From: Cenococcum geophilum
Taxonomy: Eukaryota
Direction: 5' to 3'
Assembly: GCA_050273025.1 (NCBI GenBank)
Contig: CP158635.1
Coordinates: 7,006,001-7,070,000 of the forward strand
DNA: 64,000 nt
Below the pieces are notes generated by a model that was not told the origin of the DNA, ran no database searches, and worked only from the letters and a program-made list of their open reading frames with translations. Made by a program: the position numbers and the translations under genes. Positions 27,085-41,500 of this stretch are shown here, one piece after another. Each line of letters starts with the position of its first letter. Position 1 is the stretch's first letter.

Positions 27085-28097
27085 GGAATGTGCGAAGGCT
27101 AAGGACTACGATTTCGAAGATGTGTGCGAGACAGGAGCAACCGGATGTGAAGAAACATGCATATGGAGCATGGAGCAGCTATGGAATATTTTAAGTGGCG
27201 TTAGACGAGGATTGTGGTTGTGTTGTAATGAGCTCCATGTTGTGATTGGGTTGGTGAGAACTCTAACTGATTCGGTGGCTGGAAACGAATTCTCTCCTGC
27301 CGAGCCGCAATCCCTCCATCACCACCACTCTTCCAACATGGCTCACAATACATTCTTCGGAACCCTGCCGTTATCCGGTATTCATCTCAGTTTCTTCATT
27401 GTTTCTATCTTCGTCTCAGTACTAGTCTAGTGTTTTTTTCTTCTTAATTCGTAGACAATATCTTATCAAAATCCCAAAGCCTTTTAATCATCGCTTTCTC
27501 TCTTTCAAGTCGTTTTGCTATGTTGCAATTTTCTGTTAGGGCTACTGTTCCTGCACCAATACTATTAGTACAACCGCAGCAACGCGACTTTGGCATCAAT
27601 AAGATAACCCTTTCGGACCTGAAGAAACGATGCGTGTGCCCTAAATGCAGGGTGATTGAACTTTGACGAAAAACACTAAAGCAAGGGGGCTTGGCTCCCA
27701 GCTCAAAGATTTTTGCATGCCTCCTAGTTACCGAGAACGGAAAATTCAATCACCACGTCTTGTGGTAATTTGCCACCTCAAGGCGGTTATCGTGAGCAAA
27801 CTCAGGGCGGGCTGGTCTCACGCAAGGTCACTCTTGTACAGCGCTACACTTGAGCGCGAGACCCCGTCCCGTTTGCGGCACTTTGAAAGTCCGCAATTGC
27901 AGTTGCCCCTGCAAGGCACATTGATGAGTTCTAGTGAGCATGGCTATTAGGAAGGCTATGGAGGCAGGTATTAAATGTCTTAATTTGCTCATTATTATAA
28001 AGATCATGCCGTACTTCAAAGGCTCGACCGTCTTCCGCACAGCAACCGTCACTCATTGATTTAATTGAGCCTCCATCATTCGCTAAGGTGCTTAATC

Positions 28098-31000
28098 ATG
28101 TATCTGATTTTTTTACGAATGCTGGCTTTGACCTTCCTTCCAATCTCTACAACCTTGGCTAGAGTTACTAACCGCGTAGATGCACCTGCTGAGCCACTAG
28201 TTGCAGCTCGGATCGCTTCCAAACAAGGTTCTTTGTTCAGCCATCTTCGAAACGTATTTTTCAAACGAGACGAAATCTGTGTGAAGGATGACTTTTATTA
28301 TTACCTACAAAGTAACCCTGAAGCCAACACATTTTGTAATATATGGATCAGTATTCCGCCTGCCACAACGATGGTTGAGTACACATCAACGATGTAAATT
28401 TCCTCTCTTGAAGGTCATATCGCTATTGTATTAACAGCTTATGTAGAACTGCTACAGATATTACAACTACTTCGACAAATACAGTTGTCGATACAGTCCG
28501 GACAACTACTGTGTTTACCGTAACTGCAACCGAAACAGTAGCCATTAGAGCTAAAGAAAAAAGGGAGGATGCTCCAGCTCCTACAGACCCTCCACTTCTT
28601 CGCCGAAATGTTTTGTTGAATGGTATAGCGGCTGTTGTTACCGACGCTATCGGTGGGACCGTTGCCTCTTCCGCGGATATGCCAGCAGGCACCGCTAAAG
28701 CCTCAATTGATGCAGGGCTTTCTAGTGCCTGCTCATGTTTGAACTATCAGCCGCTCTCAACTTTCACTGTAACCTATACTGATTTACCTTATGTAAGGCA
28801 GAAAGAATTATGCTTCTAGGAAAACGACTAATGCTCCGTAGTATACAACACTAGATGCCTTCGAGCAGGACACTCTCACCCTACAATCTACTATCATCCA
28901 GACGTCTTACACAACTCAGACTACCACCCAGACTACGATAATAGGTCTTATGTCTTCCATTAGCTTGGCACCTTCTAGTTCACCGCTCAATTCAACCGCA
29001 TCCGCCGCGACATACGTACCTACGCCTTTGAACAACACTGCGCCAACCAGTTCAGTGCTCATTTCATCATCATCGCTCACCGCAGCGGCGTCTAGCACGG
29101 CTTCCATTGTGACATCCATTACAGTAGCAGGCGGGCCTGGTCGTCCCTCTTCTGAAGCAAGGGCTATTGCTACATCACTTCCAATCTCTTGCCCTCAAAA
29201 CAACAACCAGACAATAACAAATATCATTGGAAATAAGGGGCTTGAATATCTAGTTCTCTGTGGCGTCAATGTCTTTGATAATACCACCATTCTCAGTACG
29301 AGCGTGGCTGGGCCAACCGAATGTGCAGCTGAGTGTTCATTCGTGAACGACGCATTCCAAGAAGATCTGTGTCAAAGCGCTGTCTTCATTCCCGCTGTTG
29401 GTGGCAACGACAACTGTGTTCTCAAAAAGAGTGCAGAGGTGTATGCCCAGACACCTGGATACGTCAGTTTTATCCTCTTGAAAACTTTTGCCGGTGGCAG
29501 CAACTCCACGTGCTCTGCGAACGTATTCGCGGGTGCGAGTAGCTCGGTGGATACGTCCTCGTTGATTGCGTCTATCACTAGCGCTGGTCTGACAGTTACT
29601 CAGCCGCCATACGCTGTTTCTACCGGTGGTGGAGGCCAGTTTTCGACACACTATTCCCATGGTGAAACTGATTCTGCCGGAGTTTACGACTACTCCTGGT
29701 ATAACATAGAAGCATCATCAAGTTCATGGTATTTGAATTATGCATTCTCCTGGACTTGTATTATCATTCACCCTCAAACGATCGTTATCCCTCGAAATGT
29801 GAGGAGTGGGATAGTGGAAGGATCAAGTATGGTGATTGCCGACACGGATATCACGACTATCATCCATGGCTCTACGACCACCATTATCGATGGGGGTAGT
29901 ACAATTATAATAACTAATGTGAACGGCCAAGCCTCTGTACCCGCCTTGGTCACCAGTGGAGGCGGCGTTTTCTCAACAGGTGGATCAAGTTTGGTTATGG
30001 CTTCCCAAGGTGGTTCAAGTGTCATCTCTCCAGCTCCCGTGACTACATTTACCGAAACAGTCACATCCCCAGTTGCCACAGCGACTATTATCAGCATTAG
30101 CACGGCTGTCTCTGGTGGAGCTAGTGGTTCTGGTTTTGGCTTTGGCAATACAACAAGTGTTGCAACGGTTAAGAGTGTGCTTAGTGGTGCGGGAGGCGAA
30201 ACCACTTCTGGTGGTTTCTATAATGTCAATTCCACAGGAGGTGTCGGTGCTATCAGCCCTTCTGCCTCTGCATCGTCGGTACCGAACAAGACTACTTTCA
30301 TCAACAAAAGTGATTTTACTGTTACCTCGGTGATCTCCGGAATGACTTCGTTCTACACTTCCACCGAGCCCCTAGGTGTAGTTAGTACAGCGTCGTCAGG
30401 CCTCACGGCGCTTCTTCCCCCTCCTTCGAATGGCCCAACAGGTCCTGCCAACCAGACAGCTATTGTAATAACTACCGTTATCTCAGGAGTAATTTCAAAG
30501 TACACCTTCACCGGGGGTGGAGGGGTGATCAGCCCTACATCCGAGGGAGCATCTGCATCAACCTCCTCTCTACCCACGAATCAAACCGTTGTCACAGTAA
30601 ATGAGACAACGATTGTCTATACTACAGTAATATCTGGAGCGACTTCAACATATTTGTCTACCGGAGATGTGGGTGTCGTTAGCCCCAGCTCTAGCCTTTC
30701 CATAATTCCAACATCTCTGCCCATCAAGGGAACCTCTGCAATAATCACTGAGACAGTTCAAACATTAACCGCAGAGCCATCGAGTTTTTTCTCAGGCGGC
30801 ACCTCAGGTGGTTTCTCCACAATGAATTCCACTGGCGGCATTGGTGCTACTACCCCTACAATGAGTACTGTGAGCTTGGGTCCTGTTTCGACACTCTCGG
30901 CTATACTGTCCAATGGAACATCCGTGCCCATGAATGGAACGGTTCTGATATCAACAATTGTGCCTTCAGAGGTCTTTTCGGGTGAAACATCAGGCGGGTT

Positions 31001-33335
31001 TTCTACGATGAACTCCGCTGGTGGCATCGGGGTAATAACTCCCCCTGCTTTGAGTCCTTCTACTGCAGCTTCGGCCGTGCCATCTAACGGTACCGCCGCA
31101 TCCATGAACGAAACAGCTTTGATATCAACTTCCATAGTTTCTGGTGGAGTTTCGGGCGTTATCTCAGGGAATACAATAGTGATAAACTCCACCGGAGGTG
31201 TTGGTGTTATAAGTCCAACATCCAGCCAGTCCACGATATATACCCCTACGCCAGTAAATGGGGCCACTGCTTCTCTTAATAAAACAACTTCTGTCACTTC
31301 GATATTCATATCTGGTATTACCACGCTTCTAAGCGCGACCAGCGAAAGTGAAATCCAGCCTCTCCCTTCGGGCAGTCCATCAGTCACACTTAACTTGACA
31401 ATTGCTTCTCCTGAGATAACCACTTTTTCAGGTACCGCTCCTCCAAGTATGGCACCGACACACAGTGTGAATACTTCTACATCTAGTTTCACATTCAGTG
31501 ATCACCCTGACTCTAGAGGCTACAGTCCTGGGTCAGACTCATCCTCAGCCTTCAACTACACGTCAATCGTGGGCACTCGAGTAATTGTTTCTACAATGAC
31601 TCCTTCTGGGACTGCATTTTCTCCCTCGCGTTCAAACTCTATTATTGCGTCAACGGGCACCCCTGTCGTGTTGAACGGTACCACCTCTAGTGAAGCCTCG
31701 TTGACAACACTTCCAGGCTCCAACTCAATTTTCATGGCTGGCACCGGAATCACTAGTCTAATAATCTCCTCGGGAACATTATCGTTGACTCTCGCATCAA
31801 TCTCTGGCAATGGAACTACGGCATTCCCGACCGCGCCTCATTCTAGCAGTTTTACTTTCAATAACGGCGGTGACTCACGTATCGGAATACCTAGCCTTAC
31901 TGAGACACCAACACCTACACCATTTGCAAATCCCACAACGCAAGTTGGCAGTGACTCAATATCAATCTTACCTTCAGCTTCCATTTCAATACCGAACCCA
32001 AACTCAACGATGCCGCTTAGTAGCGGTCCGGTATCAGCGTTACCCTCGACCCCTCTTCCGACTCCATTTGCGAATTTTACAACACCAATCAACACTGGCT
32101 CAGTAATAATCCTATCCTCAAATTCTAGTCCAACTCCATCTGCCAACTTCACACCGCTATCAAGTAGTGGTTCAGCACCAATTCTGTCATCGACTCCAGG
32201 TCTGGTGGCATCTGCAAACTCTACGATGCCACTGGGTAGCGGTTCTGCTCTGACTATCCCATCGACTTCCATTTATGCAGCACCACTGAACTCTACAACA
32301 CTACTCGGTACTGGTTCGACTGAATCTGCTTCGGCACCTTCCCTATTCGAAAACTCAACGGCAGTTTTTGGCGGTGGTTCTATTCCGACCATCCCATCAA
32401 CCTCGATTCCACCATCTTCAACAAATTCCACGGCGTCATCTGGAACTGGTTCCACCATAGCCGCAACTCCAACCCCTCTTCCACCGTCTGCTATGCCTAG
32501 TTCGTCAGGGAATGTCTCAATTAATGTCAACTCTATTTCATCGCCATCATCTTCTCTTATCGCTGGGGTTACCACATCGGCATCGCCGTCCTCTACATCT
32601 ACAGTCTTATCCAACGCAACTAGTTCAAGCGAATGTAGAGGTTCTGCTACTCTATCAATTGAGACTGTGTTCATTACTCACACTGTCCCCGCTTCAACCT
32701 ATTCCTCGGCCGGAGGTTTTTCGTCCCAAACACACGGCCCGATCTCAATCGGTAGTCCATCCACAAATAGCTCCACTTGGTCTGAGCATCGTGTTATTGG
32801 CGAAGTTGCTACACAGGCCCAGATTAATGCTGCGTGTGCTAATAGCGGGAACCTTATTTTCAATGGAGATTTTGAGATAGTCGACGGTAATAATAACGCT
32901 ATCGGCTGGGATTCGTACTCAAGAAGTAGCTTTATTGACTTTGAAGACTATCCATCAACAACACAGCATACACCTGGGGGTTCATACAACGGACGCGTGG
33001 TTAACATAGATCCTGGTGCAAGTGTTTCAATTTGGCAACCTGTCACGCTATGCCCGAATGGCTCATATTACCTGGAAGCGTGGGATCGCCAATACCCGCT
33101 CCTAGCCGAGTGTGTTGTTTCATACGTGCTGGGTAACCAAACAGTGTTCTCGACCAGCCCGCAAGAGGCATGGGGGGCTCAGAAAGTAATTTATACTGCT
33201 GGTGAAACCGCAGCAGCTGTCAGTCTGACTTTCAACATAACGGTCACGTGCTCTGGGCCATCAGGAAAATTATCTGAGGACGTGAATAGGGAAATGATAG
33301 CCGAAATTGACGATTTGAGTTTGATTGCTTTATGA
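28098..33335 (+). CDS. Large (~1710 aa) secreted Ser/Thr-rich mucin-like glycoprotein with Cys-rich PAN/apple-like module and C-terminal carbohydrate-binding-like domain; exons 28098-28393, 28447-28792, 28842-33335
   Basis: Signal peptide, two frame-preserving GT-AG introns, SSACSCL motif, C..ECAAEC..C..C module, many N-x-S/T sites, and C-terminal NLIFNGDFE domain. Confidence 0.82.
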
Positions 33336-35213
33336 TCGTGGCAAACCTCGAAATATTACAGAAGTGGCAACAGAAGCGACTGGAGCGCCGAAAAGGAAAA
33401 AATGCGGTGGGGTGAAGCGTGGGGGTGTGGGGATGGTTGGGATAGTTTTCTTAACTTCAACTAATTTTCGAAACGTGATTAGCCTTGCTTTTACAAGTTG
33501 TTTCTGGTAGCGCTGAGACTTTTCACAGAGCGTAAGATCCCTTTGAGTATTTGAACCCTTTGTCAGACTGTATCCGGGGAGCATAGTAGACTCATAAGAG
33601 CGTTTAGACATACTATTGGTCTGGAAAAGAAATGAATGGGTCTTGAATTAAGGTTTGAAACACGCAGAAAATAACACGGATGGCGAGGAGGTAGGCCCAG
33701 AACAGATTTTGAGGGATATTCTTGCCTTACATAGTGCATTGGTTTCGCCCAAAACGTTCAGTACGTTAGTCTCTTTGGTCGCCCATTGGCCCACCTGACC
33801 CTCTATCCTAGCATATACCCTGTACACGTCATAGAATCAGCAGATGGAGTAGTACAGTGTCAGGTATAATGAACTGCAATAAGCGCCCGAATTTTGGAAG
33901 CAAGGTGGTGTGCTGAAGTCGCGAGTTGATAAAGCTTTCCACCTCTGCATTCTCACCGGACCGAAGAGGACGATGACTGGATTATCAAGGAGATCACGCT
34001 TCGATGTTAACATAAAGTACGATCCAGGGAAGGATCTGAATTTTCACAGCAAACCGCCACGAATATCTCTGTACCTTCGGGTCGGGATGATCTACGACTT
34101 AGGCAGACCAGTCAGAGACCGCCACGTGGGAAAAGCACGACTTGCGACAGCACTCTCTTCTGTGGGTTGATATTGTTGGTTTCGGCCTTCAGATGGAAAA
34201 ATCAATCATTTTTGAGCTCTTGTTCTTTCTCTAAGAAAAACGTTCGAGAATTTGGACATACGGAAAGACACAAACTCTCAGAGCACGACATTATCCACCC
34301 GTTCTAGAGATCAGAAAAACTAAGGTGCCTAGTTACGAAATATCGAAAAGACACTACCCATACTTTCTGAACGAAAGCAACACTCGAAATTCATCCTTAA
34401 GAATCTGAAGAGATCATGTACAATAAACAGGCAGGGAAATGACACTTGATGGACAACGCATGAATACACTATACGAGCAAAACAAAGCTTACCAGCAGCA
34501 TGGACTTTTTCTGGGCCGAACCTGGCATTCCAATGGGATTTCTAGTACCAATTCCGCATTAATACGGACGGTCGAGCGATGAAGCTTGGAGAACATGAGG
34601 TGTTGACGATGGGAGCGGAGAAGGTACGGAGGTACATCGGCAAGAGCCGCTAGTCGCATCACGTGGCCGGTCACTTTAGCGAACTTCTTTCTCCTCACTT
34701 CGGCCACCTCACTTATCGACCACAACAACTCCCTTTGCCCTCGCGATAACTGCATTCATCACGGCCCTCGTCTCAAATCACGGCGCGAACAATGTCTTCG
34801 ACCCTCCGTGCAATTTGGGCTCTGAGCCTAGCGCCGCGCCGCTGTCGGTGGGCCGTGCGCGATCAACTGCGGACAGCTATTTTGGCTACGCGACTCGCAC
34901 GGATTGGACAGCTTCAGCCCCCATCAACCGGCTCAGCGGCTACTTCACAGCCATCAAAATGGGACCAATCATGAAGTTAATGGGATTCGTTACATCATCA
35001 AACCCGAAAAAAAACCGCTATGAAAGAGACATGCGACTGTAAGAGGTACCGCCCTGTCTTTCCTTGCTTCACCTCGCCTCTCAATATCAGTCTTTTCCGT
35101 GTCAGCCCAATTTCCCTTCCCGAAAATGAATGGACTTCAACTCCCAGAAAAAACAAAACGTTGTACATGAAACGAAATTCTCCACCGTCCGTCTGGTCTT
35201 GTTCTTCGCATAC

Positions 35214-35558
35214 CTAGACATGGCTGCCGATGCCCTGGAGCCGCCTGTTTCTCTCACAGCCAAGTTCGTAAATCTCTGTGTCCAGGCCTCGGATAATTTC
35301 CATTGATTTGTCAATGGACGCTCTAAATTTGTTCCCCTCGCGTTGCCAGCGGTTGATGCGATCAACCTCGGCGGCCCGGCGCCGCATCTTGGTGTCGATT
35401 TTCTCGCACAGCTTGCACTTCTGACCAACAGGGACCGTTTGCATGATAAGCTTCATGCCACATGTTTCGCCAATACGATATTCGCGGTTGCAGTGCTGTC
35501 GGAAGTGACCCCACTTCCAGTCACCGCAAACGAAACGATGTTGATCGAAGAAACACAT
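35214..35558 (-). CDS. Small Cys/His-rich protein with C-terminal coiled coil (probable conserved fungal hypothetical protein)
   Basis: MCFFDQHRFVCGDWKWGHFRQHC..ETCGMKL..KCKLC then a heptad-like helix. A putative 5'-UTR intron lies at ~35579-35643. Confidence 0.75.
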   Translation of the reverse strand: MCFFDQHRFVCGDWKWGHFRQHCNREYRIGETCGMKLIMQTVPVGQKCKLCEKIDTKMRRRAAEVDRINRWQREGNKFRASIDKSMEIIRGLDTEIYELGCERNRRLQGIGSHV

Positions 35559-38500
35559 GTTTCAAGAGCTGGACTATTCTAGCGCAAAAGGTTGTGTCAG
35601 CCCTACGGAATAATTGTTTGGACGACAGCTCATGTCAACGTACCTTGCGTTACTTGGGCTGGGTAATGGGCCAATTGATTGGACTAGGGAGAGCTAAGCT
35701 AGGAAAGATCAGCCTTAGGGGTCAATTCAAGATGAGGAACCGCCGTGGTAACCCACACTCTGGTTGGTTGAGAGGCAATAGACTGTTGACCCAAGATGTG
35801 GTATGAGGAAGAGCTTAGACAAGAATGTTTGATGTTTGAGTCGGCGGTTATTGCTCAAGGATGGCCTGCTTTTGATGGAGCTGTTGGAAAGGCAGGAGCT
35901 GTTGATGTGATGGGTGAAACTCAGAAGGTGTCGACGCCGCTATTTATGCTTCAAAGGACGGAAGGATCATCAGAAGCTCGAGGTTGTCTGGCCACCGTCT
36001 ATGCTCCCGTCTCCAGACTAGAGATCGAGCCCGTCGTCCATCCACGTCTCGACATGGTCGTACCCCACTCCCTGGCGTCCAACGATATCGCCACGATCAA
36101 CGGATCACTTTCATATGCCGCTAATGGATCCATGGAGCCCGGCTGCGATGATACCCTAGGCCGTACCCGGCGTTCCAGCTATGCAAAGAAATATCACATT
36201 TGCTAGGGATCACCGACGTCGTGGCTTCTTCGACCGCGTAATATCTCCCTCCGAGGAGAAAAATCCCTCAGGATTCTTGGTCTGTTGTTTCAGCCGGACC
36301 ATGCTGCAGAGTCTGGATGCTTTCTTTTGGAGTTTTTTGACATTTCATCCCTGAAGGAAGTTGAGGACGTTGAACCGAGATACAGTCACGTGCTTCAATC
36401 CCGATGCCGAACCACCATCCGCTTCTCCATTCGTTAGTCCAAGTTGCTAGGCGATTGGACAGTGGCATTTCTCACGTTTTCCCCCATTAATCCGGAACAC
36501 GGAAAGACGAAAACGCGTTTGCCCAACGGTGTTGTTACCACGTACCCACCCTAGAGAGCTTTGAGAGGTGCTGCTCAAAGGATTGGTCAACGTCTGTTCA
36601 GAACACCTGCCAGCCCTTCGGTTCAAACTGTTACTTTCTTTTGTCCTCGTTCAAATCTCTGTGTTCGCTGTCTAAGCGACCAAATCAGAGCATGTCCTTG
36701 TTTCTGGGTCGGTATCAGTCTTGCTCGTCGTTCCAGCTAATCAACGTGTAGACCAAGGGACCATTGGTAGTATTCGCCTCGATCACCCATTGCCTTCTCC
36801 AACACGGACCTTCATCTTTGCTTGGCTGACACAACCTTCCCGACCCCCTCTACTGGCGGTTGTCCAGTCACCTTATCGGCTCACGCTGCAACACCCGTTC
36901 AGGGAGATGATGTCCGGTCATGTCATGCACCGTAGGCATGGTTCACTAGCCTGCGTACATGCATGATGCATTGGACTTTCGGTTCTCCTAATGTTCAGCT
37001 GATTAACTTCCCGCTCAACGGCTCCGTTCTCCCGCATCCCGCCTATTGTTGAATTGTTTAGTTCATGCAGGCTGACAGGCATATGGCTTTAGATAACAAG
37101 CTGGCGTGAAGTTAATGCGGCACCTAGCCCGCCATCGCATATCGAAGCAATCATTTAAGTTTCAAAGCTACGCTAGATTTTGACCGAAGCATGCCCATCG
37201 GAGATCCTCTGACGTGGCGGACGGGGTTTGGTTGATCTCTGAGGAGACCATCTACCCAGGTAACCATCTTTCAATCAATAATGATCTTGACAAAACGCTC
37301 AGCTTTGGCTCGCCTCACTGTTACTGCGGTCCGGGCTGGGATTACCTGCCCAACCCCAACCCGCAGGAAGGCGTCACAAGCCTGCGTATCCACGGCAAGA
37401 TCAGACGTTCGCCTGAGTGTCCTCACCGGTTACCCCGCTGCGGACAGGATCTTGTATGGACGGAACAGGATCATGGAGGAAAGCTTTGACGTTGCAGTGG
37501 CGAGATACCTGCAACATGACTCCTCCTGTCATGCTGCCGATGCTTTCTGCCTGACATTGAGAAGTCAAACACCGCATCGCCGAGCCAATGTTCGCTCACC
37601 GATAGATTACTTTTCGCCTATCATGGGCTCCCCGTCCGACACCAGGCGCTGAGCAGACTCTAGAAGGTGAGAATGAGGTTGGAGGAACTGCCGTGCTGCA
37701 GGAGCAGCGTTTGTTGTCGTTTCGCTTGCCTCCTTTTCCAGTCCTCGCGTGTTTTCTCTCCCACCGGCGACTAGGGCAGTGGAGGCAAGGGCCTGGGCGC
37801 AGCAAGCATAACAAAGTAAACAAAGGGTCGACCCCGAAACCACGCACTCAAACCAGCCAGATAGCCAGCCAATTAGCTAAATGCCAATTCTCCACCCCTT
37901 CCCTCTAGCATTTTGCACCGTTTCGTGAAGTGTGCGCGCGCCAGCCCCCACGGAGCGCGCTTCGTGGCCATGACCGGACGTTGATTTTTACTACATGCAG
38001 GCGCGCTCGCTGCTGGTGCTCGAGGCCGTCATGTGAGAAGGAGCGGATGCTGGGTAGGACCCAAGAGGGAGAGGTAACTAGAGTGTCAAAGCCCCCCGTT
38101 CGCCTGCCCGCGCAAGACTTGAATCCCGAGAACAGAGTTGCGTGTGGAGCGCAGCAAATGAGGTGACCGAGTGGGTCGCGGTGGGGTTCTGGAGGCCTCT
38201 AGCCGGCGCTGGGTGGATGGTGTGGGCTGGCGGTGATTGGACGGGTGAGTTCGGAGGGCTTGGGCGAATGGGGGGCTGGATAATTAGTGGAGGTATGCTT
38301 TAGTGGTGGGTAAGAGTGTGTTGCATGAATTGGGCTGCTGTAGCAGGGCAAGAGACCATGCAACTAGGCTGTAGATGCATATGCAAGGTTGGGAGGGGAG
38401 GGGGGTCGGGGCTGGGATTGGGATTGGTGCACTGTTTTCCTGGACGCTGAGCAATTTTTTTTGGTGCTGAGGGACAGAGCATAAAGAATACCGTATCCGT

Positions 38501-41500
38501 GAATCGCCTTGTATGGGACTCTGCCTAAGAAACCGTTGAAGTTGTACTTGTGCTCTGTCAGCGAGACGTCGTGCGACGACGACTGTTCAGAGAGCGTTAG
38601 TTATGATGGCATCAGAATCCAAGGCAACAAGATCTTCTCCGCTACCGCAGTCGCATACGCAAATCACCGGACTTCGCCGGTCCAGAAGGCTTTTGGTGCC
38701 ATGATTTTTGTTCTTTATTCTAGTAGCGTGTTATTTGACGTAAATGTCGGGGTAATTCCGCAACGTGTATCGTGACATGCCGAGAAAGGCCACTGCTGAG
38801 CTGCTCCTGTACTTGCCGTATTTGGTTCGAGGTGCTTCCACGCCTTAGGGTCTATGGCTGGTTCGAGTAGTCGTCAACAGGATCACGTTTGGACAGTGGC
38901 TCAGCCTCAATCCAGCTTTTAGCACATTTCCATCCTGTTCTAGGGACATCTGGGGCGCTTGGAACTCCTCTAGCGCTGCAATTCGCCCAACGCAGATGAG
39001 CCTCTAAGAGGGCTTTCTGGCGTCAATGACGAATAATCTTTTTGCTTCCTGTGGCAATAAGACAAGTCTCGGACCAGACACGATACTATGATATGCTGCC
39101 GCCACTGCCGCGGTGTAGCATAAGAGCGGTGACAAATTTGAGCTTACAGTAGGACCGATAGAGCCACTTGGCTAGCGCTGGCATTAATACTGGAAGTGTC
39201 GTTGATGCATCGGGCCACTTGGCCATGAAGGAGCCAACTATAGCAAGAGTAAATGGAGTCTGTTCAATGATGTTAGTATTGCGAAACCGTGTTGCATTTC
39301 CTTGGCCATTTGAGTTAAATAGATATATAGGTAGCTAGTATACGTATGTAAAACTGTAGAAACCTAGCGAATGAATGGGGTCGGTACCGGAATGCGGAAC
39401 GAGGAATTTCATACATTGGGATAATGCACAGAATTGTCTGACAGGCCCCGAGGCAGTGCTCTGGCTCGGCATGCAAGCGAAAGCCGGCGATATGCTCTTC
39501 AATCTTTTTTCTCTGCTATATTGTGACTTTCATTCGCCACAGAAGCGAAATCGGAGTATGCTTTGTCCGTAAACCGGACGGGAACATGAAAGAAGTCCCG
39601 GAAATGCCGGAGCATATTCGTATGTACGTAGTAGAGGGATTAGTCGAGCAAAGGAAGTTGTGGATAAGCCACGCTTTGAGGGAGTATGCAAGAATCAAGA
39701 ACTAGCAATTCTCTAAGATCATACGATGCATATCAGACGGGGGTTAACTCGCGAAGAATCCACGAATGCCTCCCAGCCCCATAACGGACACGATTCTCAA
39801 AACAGGTCGACCGATGCAGCGACTTCGGACCGTTCTTCAGGCACAAGAAGAATCCAACGGCATCATTGGCTGCTGGCTGTGTCTCTCCGCCCATACTCTG
39901 CCAAAAACATACACGTATTTTGTCTTGTCGCTTGCCACGCGCTTCTCGGGCTGTATTCGCCATTTTCGCCGAATTCAAGCAGTGAATCTGGAGTGGTACA
40001 CTGCGGCGCAAGATCTCAACAAGGTCCTTGGGCCACACGTTCCGAGATACGAAAATGGGGTATTCCAACAAATTTCGCGCTCCCAAATATCTCAAGCTAG
40101 AACCCAATCCGAGGTCGGGTTATCCTGTGAGAGTGAACCGCAAAAATTTGGTACCAGAAGGATTCGCGCCGAGGATCTCTAAAAATTATTTCCTGTTGCT
40201 GCTGCCCCCAGCGCAGAAGAGCCGAGGATGACCCGTGTGTTGAATCGTGACGCCTCGGGAGAGACAGCTAAATATCTAAATATTGCCAACGTATAAACAC
40301 TGCGAGAGTCGACGGTATGCTAAGAACACGAAACGTGTTTAAGGGATGTTGAATACGCCTTGCGAATATTGGCACCAGTGCGATAAAGCCCAATTCCTAA
40401 GACGACTAGTGTTTCGATTCAGTACGTTAGATCCCGCGATCTCCCGATCATCCACAACTGCCAAAACATCGGAGGCTCTCCAGTGCCAGTGTACGGTTTG
40501 AGGGACGTCAAGGGCTAATCTTCGGAACCTCTAGTTGAGGACGTGGTACTCCTTCTCTTCTCTCATTTGCCGGTGTCTTGAACTCGAAAATCCTCTTTCT
40601 CCATTTCTTCCCCATCCATGACCCTGCGAATAAATGGAACCAGAACAATGCTACCGCTAGTCATGGCCATGGCAACTTTCTTCCGATACGTCCATTTTTT
40701 ATGCGTGATCCTTTCTAAAGAGGGCACGTGTAGGGGGCCTCATAGTCGTTCAATAAAATTTTCAGATAAGTGGCACAGAATTACTGAACTTCGGAGAGTA
40801 TCGGTTTGTAAGCGCCGAGTTCGGGTTCACTGGTCAACGAATTGGGCCTTGGGCACTTCAATGTCAATGCTTCATGCTCAACATACCGTTAGGGATAATT
40901 GCCTGCCCAGCCTTGATATCAGTATCGCGTCCAAGGTCAAACGCAATAGTACCAATGGATACGAACGAGGCGGAGAACTTATCTAGATATAATAAGAGAT
41001 CCATTTGAGTGGACAGCAAGCTCGCCAGGAGGATTCCCACCCAAGATGTTCGTTCCCGGGCCTCAGGAATGCAATGGTTAGGCCTTCGCATTGATACCCC
41101 AATCAGGAACTCCAGCTAGAAGATCGTTTTTCTGATTTAGGACTTAGGCACAGCAGAGCATGGTCATGGTTTTACCGAAACGTTCTCAAGTAGTTCAATC
41201 ACCAGAACAGTAGCCGAACCAATGACAACTTGCCGAGCTTTTGCTGCAGCATTTGCGAGGTTATCGAAAAACTTTGATTGTGCATGCAGCAACACCAACT
41301 AAAATGCCTGAAAAACCATGGAACCATAGGTGGTATTTTAGTGTTTGCCTATATTTGGCAAGCCGCGGGTTGCGCGCAGAAGATATGTTGCACCAAAGCC
41401 TAGAGACGTCAATCGTAGATTAAAGAGGTGTGGTTCACTCGATTCCCTGGTTTCGCGATTTTTGTAATTTGATACACTTGAAGCCTGAGTACAGAAGCTC

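Noticed and set aside
29337..32674. Several 100-240 aa minus-strand ORFs
   Set aside because: They are antisense shadows of the Ser/Thr-rich gene.
39375..40231. Overlapping short ORFs as a spliced gene
   Set aside because: I found no recognisable domain and could not build a consistent stop-free exon chain. It may be a decayed gene.
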